A stretch of DNA of 64,000 nucleotides, from contig OX597838.1 in assembly GCA_951406725.2 (NCBI GenBank), positions 24,490,001-24,554,000 of the forward strand, given 5' to 3'. Of this stretch, positions 1 through 55,841 are shown one piece after another. Positions within the stretch are counted from its first letter, which is position 1. Each line of letters begins with the position of its first letter. The position numbers and the translations under genes are program-made. Under the pieces are notes generated by a model. It was not told where the DNA came from and ran no database searches. It worked only from the letters and a program-made list of their open reading frames with translations. The DNA is from Octopus vulgaris. Taxonomy: Eukaryota.

Positions 1-1426
1 ACAAAAGCAACAGCTGCCAGGATCAGGAATTAACGAGCAATTTAATGATGTAGCACTTTTACAACAAAAAAGTAATAATAATATATAAAGCATTAACTTC
101 CTTTTGGACACCTATTCCTTTTTTTATATATATAAAGGTGCACAGGTTAATAAGCGGTTTCTATAGCAAAAGTGTATTCATAAAAACGACGGGATACTTC
201 AGCAGCTCTCCTCAACAAAACATTGCTAAGTGATAATTAATCCAAGTACAACGGAATAGTAACCCCAAATATTTAGGATTCCTTCTTCAAATTGACTGAA
301 CTGTAAAAAGACAATGTTCACTATTATTTAGGAACATTATTTGAACTTGAATTCATGCCAATTTACAAGAGAGATAAAATCTGGATACCTGCAGCTAACA
401 GAAGTAGATTATATTAATAACAACCAAAAGGAGAGTGTTCTTTCAACACTGTGATGTATGAAGTTTGAACAACAAGCATGCAAGTCAGAAAATACGGAGC
501 TCTGCATGCTGCCACTAAAACTGCTGCACTGCAATGGTTACGGTGATTAAAACAGCCTACCAGAGAAACCAGTCTAAATTCAGTGTACTGTCAACCAAAT
601 AAACATTTGGGAAATTAAAGTACTATTTCAGAGAAAACTCATGTGGGGTGTTTCTTGTTTTGTTTTCTGTGGGGGTCAGCATATTACATGCAAAATTAGA
701 AGCATGTTTCCAGTATGTTTGTCAGTTAGTGTGTGTGTGTGGAGGAGAAATATTTCAAGTGTTAAAGGTTATAAAATACAGAATTTGTATATTGCTGGAA
801 ATTTAAATAGGAAACGACATTGAATGAAAGAGACTGCAAAAATCAAATTTTTCAGCAATTCCAATGACGGAAAATCCTTCAAGAAATAGTTGATTTAAAC
901 CATAGAATGCCACTGGCATGCATACTAGCTACACAAAGCAAGCATCAATATATCAGAAAAGGAATAGTACTCCATCTAACAAATAAATGACTTATTGCGA
1001 GCTTCAGAAGATTCCCACCACTCAAGGTTAGCTAAAGATTTTAACCTCTAAATTGAATTTTAACACAAACTGTCATTTATGGTAAAATACCACTTCTTTG
1101 TAAGAAATAAAACCAATGTTTTTTGTACTTTGCAGGTTTTAATGCATTTCATTATCCCAGTGAATAAACAAAGCTGATGTTAATGTGCATAGAAAGCAGA
1201 TTAGTTTGTACACCATGTACACAAAACAGAATTGCCTATTACATTAATTAAACAGTGATGATCAATATTATTATAATGAATGGTCACTCCCAATTAATAT
1301 TAGCAAACAGAATTATTAAAATAAAAGCATAAACTTGTACTATGCAAACAAATGAAGCTATAGTGCAAAAATAGTAAACCTAAGATTAAAAGACTCATTT
1401 TCTTTCCATCATACGGCAGAAGAAAA

Positions 1427-1439
1427 ATGTATATATGTA

Positions 1440-1502
<63 letters not shown>

Positions 1503-1513
1503 GTATATATATG

Positions 1514-1594
<81 letters not shown>
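1427..1594. repeat. (TA)n microsatellite
   Basis: Long TA run with TG interruptions. Confidence 0.98.
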
Positions 1595-1598
<4 letters not shown>

Positions 1599-1685
1599 CA
1601 CACTATTCCAATAAATATACACCAAGTAAAAATTCAAATATATTTTTACTCATATTTTACCGAAGATAAATTGAAAAACAATTAA

Positions 1686-1918
1686 TCCTTTAACATTAAA
1701 ATCAGCCATATCCAGCCAAAATATTCTGCCACATGTTCAAATTGGGCAGATTCAACCTATCACACCTACCCTATAATGTCATTGTAAAAAAAAAACAATA
1801 AAAAAAAAACAATCACTTTATCAAAAATCTTGAAGCCACAAAACAAAGAAAAGATTAATTCAAAACAATGTGAATAAATAAACATTACATTTGGCAAAAG
1901 AGTCTGAGTGCTAAAGGG
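1686..1918 (-). mobile_element. piggyBac-like MITE copy A
   Basis: TTAA-flanked, ends TGCTAAAGGG|TTAA; homologous to copies at 6011, 27350 and 37260. Confidence 0.75.
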
Positions 1919-2091
1919 TTAAGAGCAATGAAGTTTTCATAGAGAGCAAAAGTTTAAATCTGCATTTGAGAAGAAACAACCGAGGAATATATACCAGATA
2001 CAAGCAATTGTTATTATAAAAAAACCCTACAATATGATCAGCCGTAATAATCTGCTTATTTTCTACGTTGACATTGCAAAATTGTTTCAGA

Positions 2092-4125
2092 TATGTTTCA
2101 CTGTCTCTTATTGTGATTGTTGTAGGTCAACTCTTACCACCCTACCATCTTTCAACCGAGTCCACAGACTGGGCATCCAAATATCTGGTGCATTCCTTCA
2201 CTGTTAAGGACTGATATACTCTGGAAGAGCCCAATCCTCTTAGTATACTCCATAAAAATATACAGCAGCTCAGACGTTCTATTACACCAAGACCAATCTT
2301 GTGCTTTGATCTTGCCTCCAAGCTGTAATACTCTTCTGGTACCATGGTGGAATTTCCTTGGATATAGATACAAAATAAAACATTGACTGGCAACTGAGAA
2401 AGATGCAGCACAGTCAAACAAGCAAAGAGTAACAAAGGGGGGAAAAAAGCCATTTTGACAAACCTATGAAAGACAATTTGTTTAGCTCTGACAGTAGCGT
2501 AAGGATTTGAAGTTTCATATTGACCCATTAAAAGTGAAGGCCTGACACACCAATTAAGTGTCTCCTATAAATCTTAAGCTTTTTCTTAATATAACAGCTT
2601 AATGCAACATCTGTCAAGTTAATTTGACAAGTGGATTATTCTATTCCACTTTTATTTGATTCTTCTTTATTTCATCGAGGAAGTAATATCTAAGGAGATA
2701 ATTTTATTCACATAAGCTAAGAGATCATATCTATCTTGGCTTTCCTTCATAGAAATTAACATGCTCAATCCATCTTAGAATATTTAAATTATTGTCAATC
2801 ACATTAAATGAAACCTTTCACTCTCATATTCACACACAACATACAGAACATTACTGAAACTTTACACAACCACTACAGCATAGGTGAAACCAGATATTTT
2901 CATTCACTTTTTTTTTCCAGTTAACTTGACATAACTTTGAATGTGACAGACCTTAACATTGTTAAGATATTAGTAAATTTTTTTCTGTAATAACTAATAA
3001 TTATATCAGTATTCACATAGCAGCCAAGAAACCTCCTTCAATGTTCAGGAGAAAAGTAAATTATGATTAAGAAAAAATTTCTACAGAAGGAAAGAAAAAA
3101 AAAAGTATGTTTCACTGTCTCTTATTGTGATTGTTGATTAGGTCAACTCTTACCACCCTACCATCTTTCAACCGAGTCCACAGACTGGGCATCCAAATAT
3201 CTGGTGCATTCCTTCACTGTTAAGGACTGATATACTCTGGAAGAGCCCAATCCTCTTAGAATACTCCATAAAAATATACAGCAGCTCAGACGTTCTATTA
3301 CACCAAGACCAATCTTGTGCTTTGATCTTGCCTCCAAGCTGTAATACTCTTCTGGTACCATGGTGGAATTTCCTTGGATATAGATACAAAATAAAACATT
3401 GACTGGCAACTGAGAAAGATGCAGCACAGTCAAACAAGCAAAGAGTAATAAAGGGGGGAAAAAAGCCATTTTGACAAACCTATGAAAGACAATTTGTTTA
3501 GCTCTGACAGTAGCGTAAGGATTTGAAGTTTCATATTGACCCATTAAAAGTGAAGGCCTGACACACCAATTAAGTGTCTCCTATAAATCTTAAGCTTTTT
3601 CTTAATATAACAGCTTAATGCAACATCTGTCAAGTTAATTTGACAAGTGGATTATTCTATTCCACTTTTATTTGATTCTTCTTTATTTCATCGAGGAAGT
3701 AATATCTAAGGAGATAATTTTATTCACATAAGCTAAAAGATCATATCTATCTTGGCTTTCCTTCATAGAAATTAACATGCTCAATCCATCTTAGAATACT
3801 TAAATTATTGTCAATCACATTAAATGAAACCTTTCTCTCTCATATTCACACACAACATACAGAACATTACTGAAACTTTACACAACCACTACAGCATAGG
3901 TGAAACCAGATATTTTCATTCACTTTTTTTTTCCAGTTAACTTGACATAACTTTGAATGTGACAGACCTTAACATTGTTAAGATATTAGTAAATTTTTTT
4001 CTGTAATAACTAATAATTATATCAGTATTCACATAGCAGCCAAGAAACCTCCTTCAATGTTCAGGAGAAAAGTAAATTATGATTAAGAAAAAATTTCTAC
4101 AGAAGGAAAGAAAAAAAGAAAAGTA
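2092..4125. repeat. Near-identical tandem duplication, unit about 1015 bp (2092-3105 / 3106-4125)
   Basis: Both copies start TATGTTTCACTGTCTCTTATTG and end GAAGGAAAGAAAAAA..AAGTA; only a handful of substitutions and small indels; duplicated ORFs appear in the ORF track. Confidence 0.97.
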
Positions 4126-4507
4126 GTGTGTGTGTGTGTGTGTGTATCCAAAAATCCATGTAAATAAAGATTCACTGTATGCTAGGTATACAATTCAAAT
4201 GATAAATGAAATGTAGAGTTAGGATATATATATATATATTATATATGTTATATATATAAAAACCCTAAGACTACAATGATGGCAATCACTTTCTCAAGTT
4301 AGAAAACTAATTAAAGCAATTACAGAATATGTAAACTACTATTTACAGAATCATTTAAGACAATGTTACCAAAATGAAAACCTTGAATCATTAAATAAAT
4401 TGCCTACATTTATGTCCACCCGTTCAAGTCCTACTGGCATTCATCATTAACATTTTAACTAAAACAAATCAGCAAGCCAAATGGCCAGCAGACTATTATG
4501 TACTCAC

Positions 4508-4549
4508 TTCAATAACTGGACCCACTTCCCCCTCGCTTGGTGTTTGGTT
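4508..4549 (-). CDS. Candidate 42-nt in-frame cassette exon of CHD4/Mi-2 (NQTPSEGEVGPVIE) downstream of PHD2
   Basis: CTTCTTATTTTTTCAG acceptor, GAA|GTGAGT donor, phase 0-0, no stop, GC-richer than flanks, CTAAT branch-like motif upstream. Confidence 0.6.
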
Positions 4550-6010
4550 CTGAAAAAATAAGAAGGTCCATCATAGGTTTAACGACGTTATTAGGCCTCG
4601 GCATAAGGTAAGACAGTTTTCCCCGTTGATAAATACGATTTAAATCAGCATTTTTCACTGGTTTTCCTTTTATAACCTTCTTATTGCATTTTTTTTTTTT
4701 TTTTTTTTTTTATCTTACTCTTTGAAAATTAACTCATCTACAGTAATTTCATGTGAAAGCTTGATTCTATTCTTTACAAGTGAAAATGAAAATGGGATTG
4801 CAATTGCAACTTAAAGTTTTGAAAAAGCAAGCAATAAAACACAAAAAGGGGGGAAATAATACACGAAAGTCACATTAGGGTCAGTGTTGAGTAAATACTA
4901 AGTTCTATTCCGGTTTAAAACTAAATATAAACTAAAGCTATCTATTTATCACTGAATTAACTAATAAAAAAAAATATTAAAAAATAGGAAATTTGATGTT
5001 ACAAGAAGAATAGGTCTCTAACATTAAAATCTGAAATCATTAATGCCAAATATCTTTATTCTTAAAATGAGCAAAAATGGTTTTCCAGAATTTTCTTCAG
5101 AAATTTTTTTTTTTTTAATATTGAAATACTATATTTAAATCCAAAACATTAAACAAATGCTTGATCTTTAGACCAGGAAAAAAACCTTGTACTGTACAAA
5201 TACTGGATTTATAAATCTATCAAAATATAAAAGCTTTTAATAACCACAGATAATAAACACTATGGTGCAAGTAAATTGCTGACGTATAAAGCTTAATTAA
5301 AATTATTCCATAAAAACTGTAAAACATTGATATAAAGAATTTCCCTAGGAAGATTTTTGGAGAATGATGCTAATTTGATAGCGAAAATTATGTAACTATT
5401 GAATTAACAGAACTATTTTAACATGATGTGCACTTTAAACTCAAGAGGCAATCCAAACATGTCTCGATCTTTAGTACACTTTAGCCTTACTTTTAGAAAT
5501 TACAGCCCTTTAATCTACATTGAAATATGCATCAGCAACAAGGTATTCTTTAATTTAAGCTGAAAAATATCAGAACTGCAAACTTGGTTAACTTTTTCAG
5601 TGAAACTTTCCCAAATCAATATTTGTAGAGGGTTCTATTAAAGACATCGATGGGTTTACACAATGCTTTTTCATTGGATAGCATTTTACAAAGATAGCAT
5701 TATTTTCAAAATCAAAATATGTATAGACAGCAACATTGTGGGAAATTGTAAATTCAAAGGTATGCAAAATATACCAGACTCTGGAAGGTTGGTGAAATCC
5801 AGACCAAATCCCAAAAGGGATTAATTTAAAATTTTCAATTCTAGCCTAAGTCCACTATCAGAGAAATCAAATTCAAGTTTATGTTTCCCTAAGTAATGTA
5901 GATGAATAAGCAAATTGAATTTTCATAACTATAATTTTATTTTCTACTTCATCCCAAGTATTGTGGTGCATCTGAGCACAGCATGAATAAGCTCATTTTC
6001 ATTATTATTA

Positions 6011-6233
6011 AACAGTTAACATTTTAACCAGCCATATCCAGCCCAAATATTCTACCTTGTTCCAATGTTCAAAACTTAACAGATCCAGCTTTTCACACCT
6101 AACCTACAATGTCATTCTGAATAAACAGCCACATCACTGAAATCTTGATGCTACAAGATAATGCAAGATTTAATTCAAAATAATGTCAATAAATAAACAT
6201 TACACTTGACAGACTAATCTGAAAGCTAAAGGG
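6011..6233 (-). mobile_element. piggyBac-like MITE copy B (left end decayed)
   Basis: Shared core CCAGCCATATCCAGCC..CTACAATGTCATT..GCTAAAGGG|TTA. Confidence 0.7.
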
Positions 6234-9200
6234 TTAGGGTAGAGAAAAAAAAGTCGCTATTCTTGTTAATAAAAATTACTTTTGCTTCATTTAGAAATAA
6301 TTTGAGTTTCTTTTCATTTTACGTTTTATGTGGTTACTCTGTTTCAATTATTATATGGGTCTTAAATGGGAAAATTCTGAACACTTTTAGATCTCATTTC
6401 CATTTAGAATTGAATTTATGCATTTTTGTAATTTTAATCTTAGTTATTCTAAACTGGGTGGCTAGTAACACCTAACTTATAGTAGGCAGTCTCTGAAAGA
6501 ATTACCCCTATGACACAAAATTTCTATCAGCACAGTCAACGAAGCTAAACTCAAGATTTGTGACATAACTCTTTAACTTGCTTCAACTCTACAGCTGTGG
6601 TCATGCTGGACACCACTGTTGGAGAATTATAGAGAAACATTTTACTGGATCTAGCTTACTAAACATATTTCATATTAAGGCTAAAGAAAAAAACTTTGAG
6701 GCATGTAGGAAGCAAGTTTTTCACTTTCACTACAATTTTTCTTTTACGGAAAACATTCTATTCAAAATAAAACCACATAGTAGATTCTAGAATTTAATAT
6801 AATATAAACTATCTCATTCTTGCATTAATAAAGTGATTCTTCCTTACTGAGTGAAGCAGTGAAGATTTGAAATGCTATCCTTCCTTCAATTGCCTATCTA
6901 CTATGAGTGATTTATTTAATACAAATAAACAAATAAATTAAAAATTGAGAACATTATAAACCAGTAAGCAACTTCAATGCTTATGCATAAGTAGTTCAAA
7001 TTCAGACAGAATTTGGTTTACAAAAAACTCATTATCAGAAACAACAAACTCCCATACAGCTTCTTTTATGAAACTGTATGGAATGGTAATTTTTAAAGAG
7101 GAAAGATAGCATTTCATATTCAATTATTTTCCTCGCCCGCTGCAAACAATAGAAAACATTTAAACTTACTTCTATAATTTTGCTAAATGCTTTAACTACA
7201 AAATCATAAAAAGGGTAAGTGTTTAAAAAGAATACATTCAATCTGACTATATATGCTTTCATTTATTCTTAACTAACCCCCATTAAAATATAACTGAGAA
7301 ATTTTTAAATAATTATTTGATTGTGAGATAGAAACATTACTTACAGACCAGAATTAAAGCAAAAACTAAAAAGTCACGTGATGTTTTTTTTTTTTAATAT
7401 TATGTATGTAATAAATTGGGGAAACTGCCAACCTCCATCAATATTTGCAAATGGCAAACCCTTACACTAAACCACAGGAATATTAAGGAAATGTATCCTA
7501 GTTACATGTTATTAAACCAATAAGAAACCGAGTTTTATTTTTAAATACTAACTTTTAAGAATCTTTAAATATTTCTAAAATTTTAAAGTTTCAAATAAAA
7601 GAAATAATGAATTTTAAAGGCTGGATAAAGTGGGACCTTATGATTTAAGTATATGGGTTTAAGTAAGTCTCAAGGGATTTTTTTTTAACGTAAAAGAGAG
7701 CAATTTAAGATTGTTATAACAAATAGTGCGTGAAAGAAAGCATGATCTTATTGGTACAACTAGTTTTCAAAAACTGAAATCAAATTGAAGACTCAAATGT
7801 TTGAGAATGATTAGCAAATAAAGTTCTAAGAAATTATCCATCTTGAATAACTTCGTAAATGTTAAAGAAAAAAAAATCAGAAAATAGAATTTTTTTTTTT
7901 TTTCTTTAATGAACTAACATTATTCCTCAATTTAAGAAATTTACTGCCAGTAATACTAATTTCAATATTTCCTGATGATTCTCCTAAAATATATCCTAAC
8001 TTATACTTTAAGACTTGTGTTCTTTGAAGATTTCTAATTACTAAATAATTAACAGTTTATCTTATTTTAATGGCTTGCCCTACATTTTTAAAAATTTTTA
8101 TTCAAAGATATAGGCAATAACAAATAGTCAATTCAATGAAATAAAACTTACAGAGCTTTCTTTGCCTTCGTTCTTTAACTTAAAATTCAATATGAAAGAA
8201 AAACATTAGATAAACATTTTGAACATAACATTATGTCATGCTAAAAATATACATTTCGGATAGAAATGAACAAAATTTCAATGGCATATTTTAAAAAAAA
8301 TATATAAAGGTAATATGAAATAGCAAATCTTAAATTGGCTTTTAAATATGAAAATTCATATTTGCATGAATTCATATGATCTTAGCACTTTGATGTGCCA
8401 ATATATTTAGTCTATTGCACGGAAACTAATTTTTTAAAAATGATATCAGAGGATATATAGTGTGTATATGCATGGTTCCAGTATCTATGTAGGTTTGCTT
8501 CAAGTGGATGAGAAAAATGAACGTACTAATTATTGGTATAAATGAATAATATATATTACTGGCAAGCCAAAAATGCAAAGCACAAAATCTTAATAATCAT
8601 AACCAGAAATATGCTAGCCTAAGATAATTGCTCCCTAGAATGGCTATTCATTTCATCTATAAACTAGTAAAACTGTCAAAACAACCTATGGTATTATAAC
8701 AATGTAGGAATTATTGTTCACACTGTGTGCATACATTGTAGCCAAAGTAAAACAAAAAATTGTTTAGATTGAACTATCTCCATGGATACCAGAAATATAA
8801 TTTCAAAGTACTTTTACTATTAAACCTGCATTGTAATATTTTTTTTCTTTACAAACACCAAGAATCATCAGTTATTTTAAGCCACACCTCATTTTCATAC
8901 ATCCTTGTAGTTAACAGTGAAATAGTTGCTTCTTAAAATTTTAGAGATTTGAAAAGGATAAAAATTGAAGAAAACGAATATTCAAACCTTACCAAGATAA
9001 AAAAACGTTTGAACAAAACTGGAAATAAGATGAGAAAATTTAATAATAAAAACTAAGATCATTAGTATTCTCTTCACAAGATAAATTGAAAACAACACAG
9101 AACATTGAAACTATGATACAAACTATCTTCCGGATTCAAATGACAATACCAATGTCTTTCCAAACAGACTATTAAATGCATATAAAATAAAAATATTTTG

Positions 9201-10281
9201 CAACTTGAGTATAATGTAGCTATCAGGAAAGAAAACCCTACAACTTTGAAACAAGATTATAGAGGAAACTGTAATCTTGTTGAAACGACAAACATAAATC
9301 CAAGTTATGAACAGTATATAAAATACATCTGTATCTTATGTACTGCAAAGAAATTCCATATACAAGGCTATCTCCATTGAATTCTCTATGAGGAGGGGAA
9401 ATGTCAGTAGGAGAAGATGAAAGATAAAAACACAGACATCACGAGAAAACTGAAATGAAATCAAAAACAAAAAAAGTCCTTAACTGTTCCAGAATTAACG
9501 AAACATTTTGTGAAATCAATTAACATGTATTAAAAGTTATCATGCCCAAAATGATCTTCAATAAAAGCACGATATATATGTATACGTACTTATTAAAACA
9601 GATTTGCGTTATTTGAGTCATTGTCAACCAGTCAACACCATTCTACAGTGAATCAATTTGTAAATTTTTTATATTCCACTATTTATAAAAGTGTGCAATA
9701 AAGTGTGCGTGCATGTATGCTGTGTTTATTTATATACATATATATTTGGAGCTTGGTCAATATAATTTTAATTATAAATATTATTTTGTATTCAGGAAAA
9801 GAGCTTAATTTCTTTGGTAATAATTGATTGCTTATAATTATGAACTAGTCTATTAGGATTGCGGTTTGCTTATTGTAAAGGTGAAAAAAAAATAGGAGAG
9901 CATAAGAGATGGTGAAAAACTTGTGGACACTTGTATGTGCAAATGTTAAAGAAATATGTAGAGAATAGAAATTAACTTATCACTGGAATGGAAGGGAAGT
10001 TTATCAAAGAAAAAAAAAACTATGATGGGAAAAAAGTTTTCTGTACTGGTTGAAATTATTGATAGATGGAAAAAAAAAATGCCTGGTAATTGAAAATTCC
10101 TGAAGCATCAACAAGCAATGGGTGGATGGATAGCCTTACTAGATGAGAATCCATCAGCAGTGCTATGGACAGAATGATTTGGGCAGCAGCAGTGGTGGCA
10201 GTGGCAGCAGCTGCAGCAACGGTGGCGGCGGCAGCGGCAGCAGCAGCAATAATCAACAAAAACATTAGTAGCGTGACACTA

Positions 10282-52022
<41,741 letters not shown>

Positions 52023-52447
52023 TTTGGATGTTTAAAGAGATGAGAGTAAGAGAAGTCTAGTCAAGCGGATTATATATCGATATATATATACCATACATAT
52101 ATATATATTCACATATATATGCGTGTATATATAAATATATATCCTGGTTCCTTTACCCCTTCTACAGTGAAGCTTCTTCTTCTGTCTTTCGTATTATAAT
52201 ATATATATATAAATAAATATTTATATAATTTGTAGAATCCCAGAAATGTCCTCGTTTCCTTTTAGTATATAGTAAATAATATAAATATTATTTTTTCTCT
52301 ATTTTTCGCAGTGGCTTTTTTTTTCAGAGAGGTTTTATTTTCAGTCTTTTTCTAGCTTGTTCGCTTTGTTTCAATTCAATATTTGATTTTCGTCCTTTTT
52401 GAAATTGTCAGACTTCATAAACCTTTGATGATTTCGTTCTCCTTTTA

Positions 52448-52519
52448 AACGTTGCGTGTCCGCATTTAAAAGCCACCACAATGTAACGTTGTGTGTCCGC
52501 ATTAAAGCCACCGCACTGT
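52448..52519. repeat. 36-bp imperfect direct repeat upstream of the exon 1 ATG
   Basis: AACGTTG(C/T)GTGTCCGCATT(T)AAA(A)GCCACC x2. Confidence 0.85.
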
Positions 52520-54329
52520 CTTACAACTACTGCTTCTATGGTGGAAGAAGAAGCACTGGGCAGCGCCCGCGTACTATTGTCAGGCAGTTGGGAAGCAGTG
52601 GAGGAGGCAGTAGGATTTCGACTGCGAAAGAGAGGCTAGCAGTACGAGTAGGAGGCGATCGGGCGGTGGTAGTAGGAATTATAACCACGGCAGCAGCAGT
52701 AGTAGTGGTAGTAGTAATACTTCCCCGGAGGGGGAGGTACAAAGACAAGGTTGCTCCCGCGTCCTCTTAGTCTGCAGTTGAGTAACAGTGGAGGAAGAAA
52801 ATGGTTTCTACTTGTATATTGTTATTGTTAGTCGTAGTAGTGGTAGCAACAGTAGTAGTAGTAGTAATAATAATAATGGTTGCCTACTAGGCTTTAACTT
52901 CAAAATGAACACCGATTAATTATCACGATCTGGCTGCTGGCAAAGTCTTCTGGTGTCTTTAATAAGATTCTAGTAGGGATGAAATGAAATGATTAAACGG
53001 GGGGAGGGTTTTAGAATGTCTATTTGCAGCAGGGAAGCAGTAGGAAAGCAATGGAACTTTCTTCAATGCTAAGAAAAAAATGGCAAAAGCTGCTGCAGAA
53101 TGCTGCAAGAGATCTAACATGTCAAAAAGAGGGAAAAAAAAATAGCAATGCTATCGTCTCGAGGGAAGTGATAAGGTCATTTTGGAAAAAGTACTTTCGC
53201 AATGTGGTAGTTTATATTTTATTAAAAGACACCGGTAGAGGTGGATGAAGTATTTTTTAAAAAAACACCAAGAAAAAGAACTAAGTTAAACAATTAATAA
53301 AATAATAATAGGAAGGGTAATGAGAAAATGTTTCCGAAAGAACTCTCTAGAATTTTTTAACAGATTTTTTTTTAACAAGTTTAAACAGTAAAAGTAATTA
53401 GCAAAGGAGCGAAATTAATTAAAAAGATTATAAAAAAAAATAACTATGATGTAGGATAAGTGACGAAAAGAAATTATTTCGTGTCAAAATAGTTTTTTCT
53501 CGTTAATTTGTGATTTCGATTTGTTTTATTGATTTCAGACGATAACAAAAGAATTTTAAAAACTGTTTTGACTATTCTCTTGAATTTTGGGGGTGGATTT
53601 TCAGCAATATTCGTATCCTAAAAAGTTGGCAAGTATAATTTTTGTAGGATTTCTTAAATAGTTTGAGGTAATTCGTAGGATAGGGCTAATGGGGTGCTGC
53701 GATATTCATCAATGCCTTTCTTTTGGAAACATGTAAGAAAGACAGACACACAGTGATTAAATGGAAATCATCTGAGTCGGTTCGCCGAAAACTTACCCTT
53801 TCCGACGAAACAAACCCCACCTTTTTGCCCAGAGAATATTAGAAATAATAATACTAATAATAATAATGATGATATACGCTAATAACAATTACAATACACG
53901 GAGAAAAGGTTTTTAATAGTGTAAATCAATTTCAAAAGGTGGGGGGGAGAAATGATCGAATATGAAGAGAAATGGCGAAAGATAGATGAAAGGAGATAAA
54001 TAAAGCAAACAGAGGGAGTGGGAGGAAGAGGAGGCTAGCCCAGAGTAGGAGTTGAGGAAGTAGTAGATTCGCACGGAAGACGATCAGGGTATCCCATAAT
54101 AGTCATGAGTAGCAGACGGAGGAGGTGAGGGGGGGAGCATGGAACCTTGTAGAAGATAACGTCACTGATCGATTAATTACTTAACTCCAATACCCGCTAA
54201 TTACTTTTTGTTAAAGGCCCAATTAAAGTTGCAACCCTTAAACTCCTGGAAATGAAGGAAAAGTCCGGCTTTAGATGGAGTATCCATTTATGCCTGTATA
54301 CAAACATACCTATGTATATGTGTATGTAT

Positions 54330-54361
<32 letters not shown>

Positions 54362-55445
54362 GACGAACACACACACACAGCTACCTGTTTCTATGTGTAT
54401 TTATAAATACATATGTGTGTATGGAGTCTGAAGTATACAGATAAAAGGAAAGATATTGGAAATTGTGTTTATATCTTTCTCAAAGGACTTAGTTGAAATG
54501 GTTCCAAACGGTGCTGGAAATTTACCGCCACAAGTAGACATTTTTCCCTTCCCCCTCTACACACAATCTCATAATGTCCCATTAATATATTTTCATGAAA
54601 TCTGTACTTCACATCTCACACTCTCCTCTCTGACTCCCCCTCTCATTGTTTCTCTCTTTCTTTCTTTCTCTGTCTTTAATAATGCATGTGTGTCAAACCT
54701 AACTGGCAAGGTAGATAGATAAACATGGTTGACTCTTGGTATGGGTGATACAAGTTCAAGTCTTACAAAAATGTCCAGTTCATTCTACCAAGACAATGTC
54801 AGGTACAGTGGTTTCATTGTGATGCAATTTAGAACATTTCTAGGTTTCAAAGCTTATTGCAAACATTGAGCTAAGTAACTGAGCAAGTGTCATGTAAGAT
54901 TTCTCTAGTAAGACTGAATGATAGTGAGTCCTTTACACAAAAAGTTTGTAAAATGATATATTGTTGAACTTCTAAGACTGAAATATTGTTGGAATTAATA
55001 CTCTTAGAGTGAAATATTGTTGGATTGAAATATTCCGGAATTGGTATAGCTGAACTGTTGTTTGAGCTGCCATATTCTTGGACTGATAGCAAACTGTAAT
55101 TCAACTGAGGATGCTGAGAAGGAATTGGAACTGTATCAAGTTGATTGGATTGAAATTGTTAAACTATTATTGGGCCAATGTTAGACTAAAAGCATGGCGG
55201 TGAGCTGGAAGAATGTTAACATGCTGGGTAAAATACTTAATGACGCTTTGTCCCTCTTTTCACACACACACCAGCTCAACCACATATTTAGAAACACCAG
55301 GAACTCTCTTAACTCAAAGACTCTTGTTGCATTGTAAAAACTGGCTCTTGTTGTATTGTTAGCAACAGGCCTGAACGCTCTCAAGAAGAACTTAAAACTC
55401 AAATAAAAATCATACATACAATTATGATGATGTTTGCCTCATCTT

Positions 55446-55841
55446 ATTTCTTTATTGCCCACATGGGGCTAAACAGAGGGGACAAACAAGGACAGACAAC
55501 TGGATTAAGTCGATTACATTGACCCCAGTGTGTAACTGGAACTTAATTTATCAACCCCAAAAGGATGAAAGATAAAGTTGACTTTTGCGGAATTTGAACT
55601 CAGAACATAACAGCAGACGAGATACCTATTTCTTTACTACCCACAAGGGGCTAAACACAGAGAGGACAAACAAGGACAGACAAATGGATTAAGTCGATTA
55701 TATCGACCCCAGTGCTTAACTAGTACTTATTTAATCGACCCCAAAAGGATGAAAGGCAAAGTCAACCTTGGCGGAATTTGATCTCAGAACGAAACAGCAG
55801 ACGAAATACCGCTAAGCATTTCACCCGGCGTGCTAACATTA
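55446..55841 (-). mobile_element. tRNA-derived SINE with internally duplicated core, 5'-truncated
   Basis: 10-bp TSD GCCTCATCTT (55436-45 / 55842-51); reverse-complement homolog of 56019-56417. Confidence 0.85.

Noticed and set aside
1300-1669. YIYI-type ORFs (also 24793-25263, 59930-60656, 61240-61738)
   Set aside because: Translations of TA/CA microsatellites, not genes
2142-3544. Duplicated 128-aa and 89-aa ORFs as standalone genes or as the chromodomain exon
   Set aside because: No recognisable domain; the faint QKSITAWR resemblance to KVQKILTWRW ends in a stop
6231-6240. Telomere-like GGGTTAGGGT
   Set aside because: Single unit formed by a MITE end
10056-10265. Poly-alanine ORF
   Set aside because: Product of a triplet block; no acceptor puts this frame in phase with exon 9
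52456-52770. 104-aa plus-strand ORF as a divergent gene
   Set aside because: Low-complexity GTA/GCA repeats, non-ATG start, no domain; more likely promoter or 5' UTR sequence
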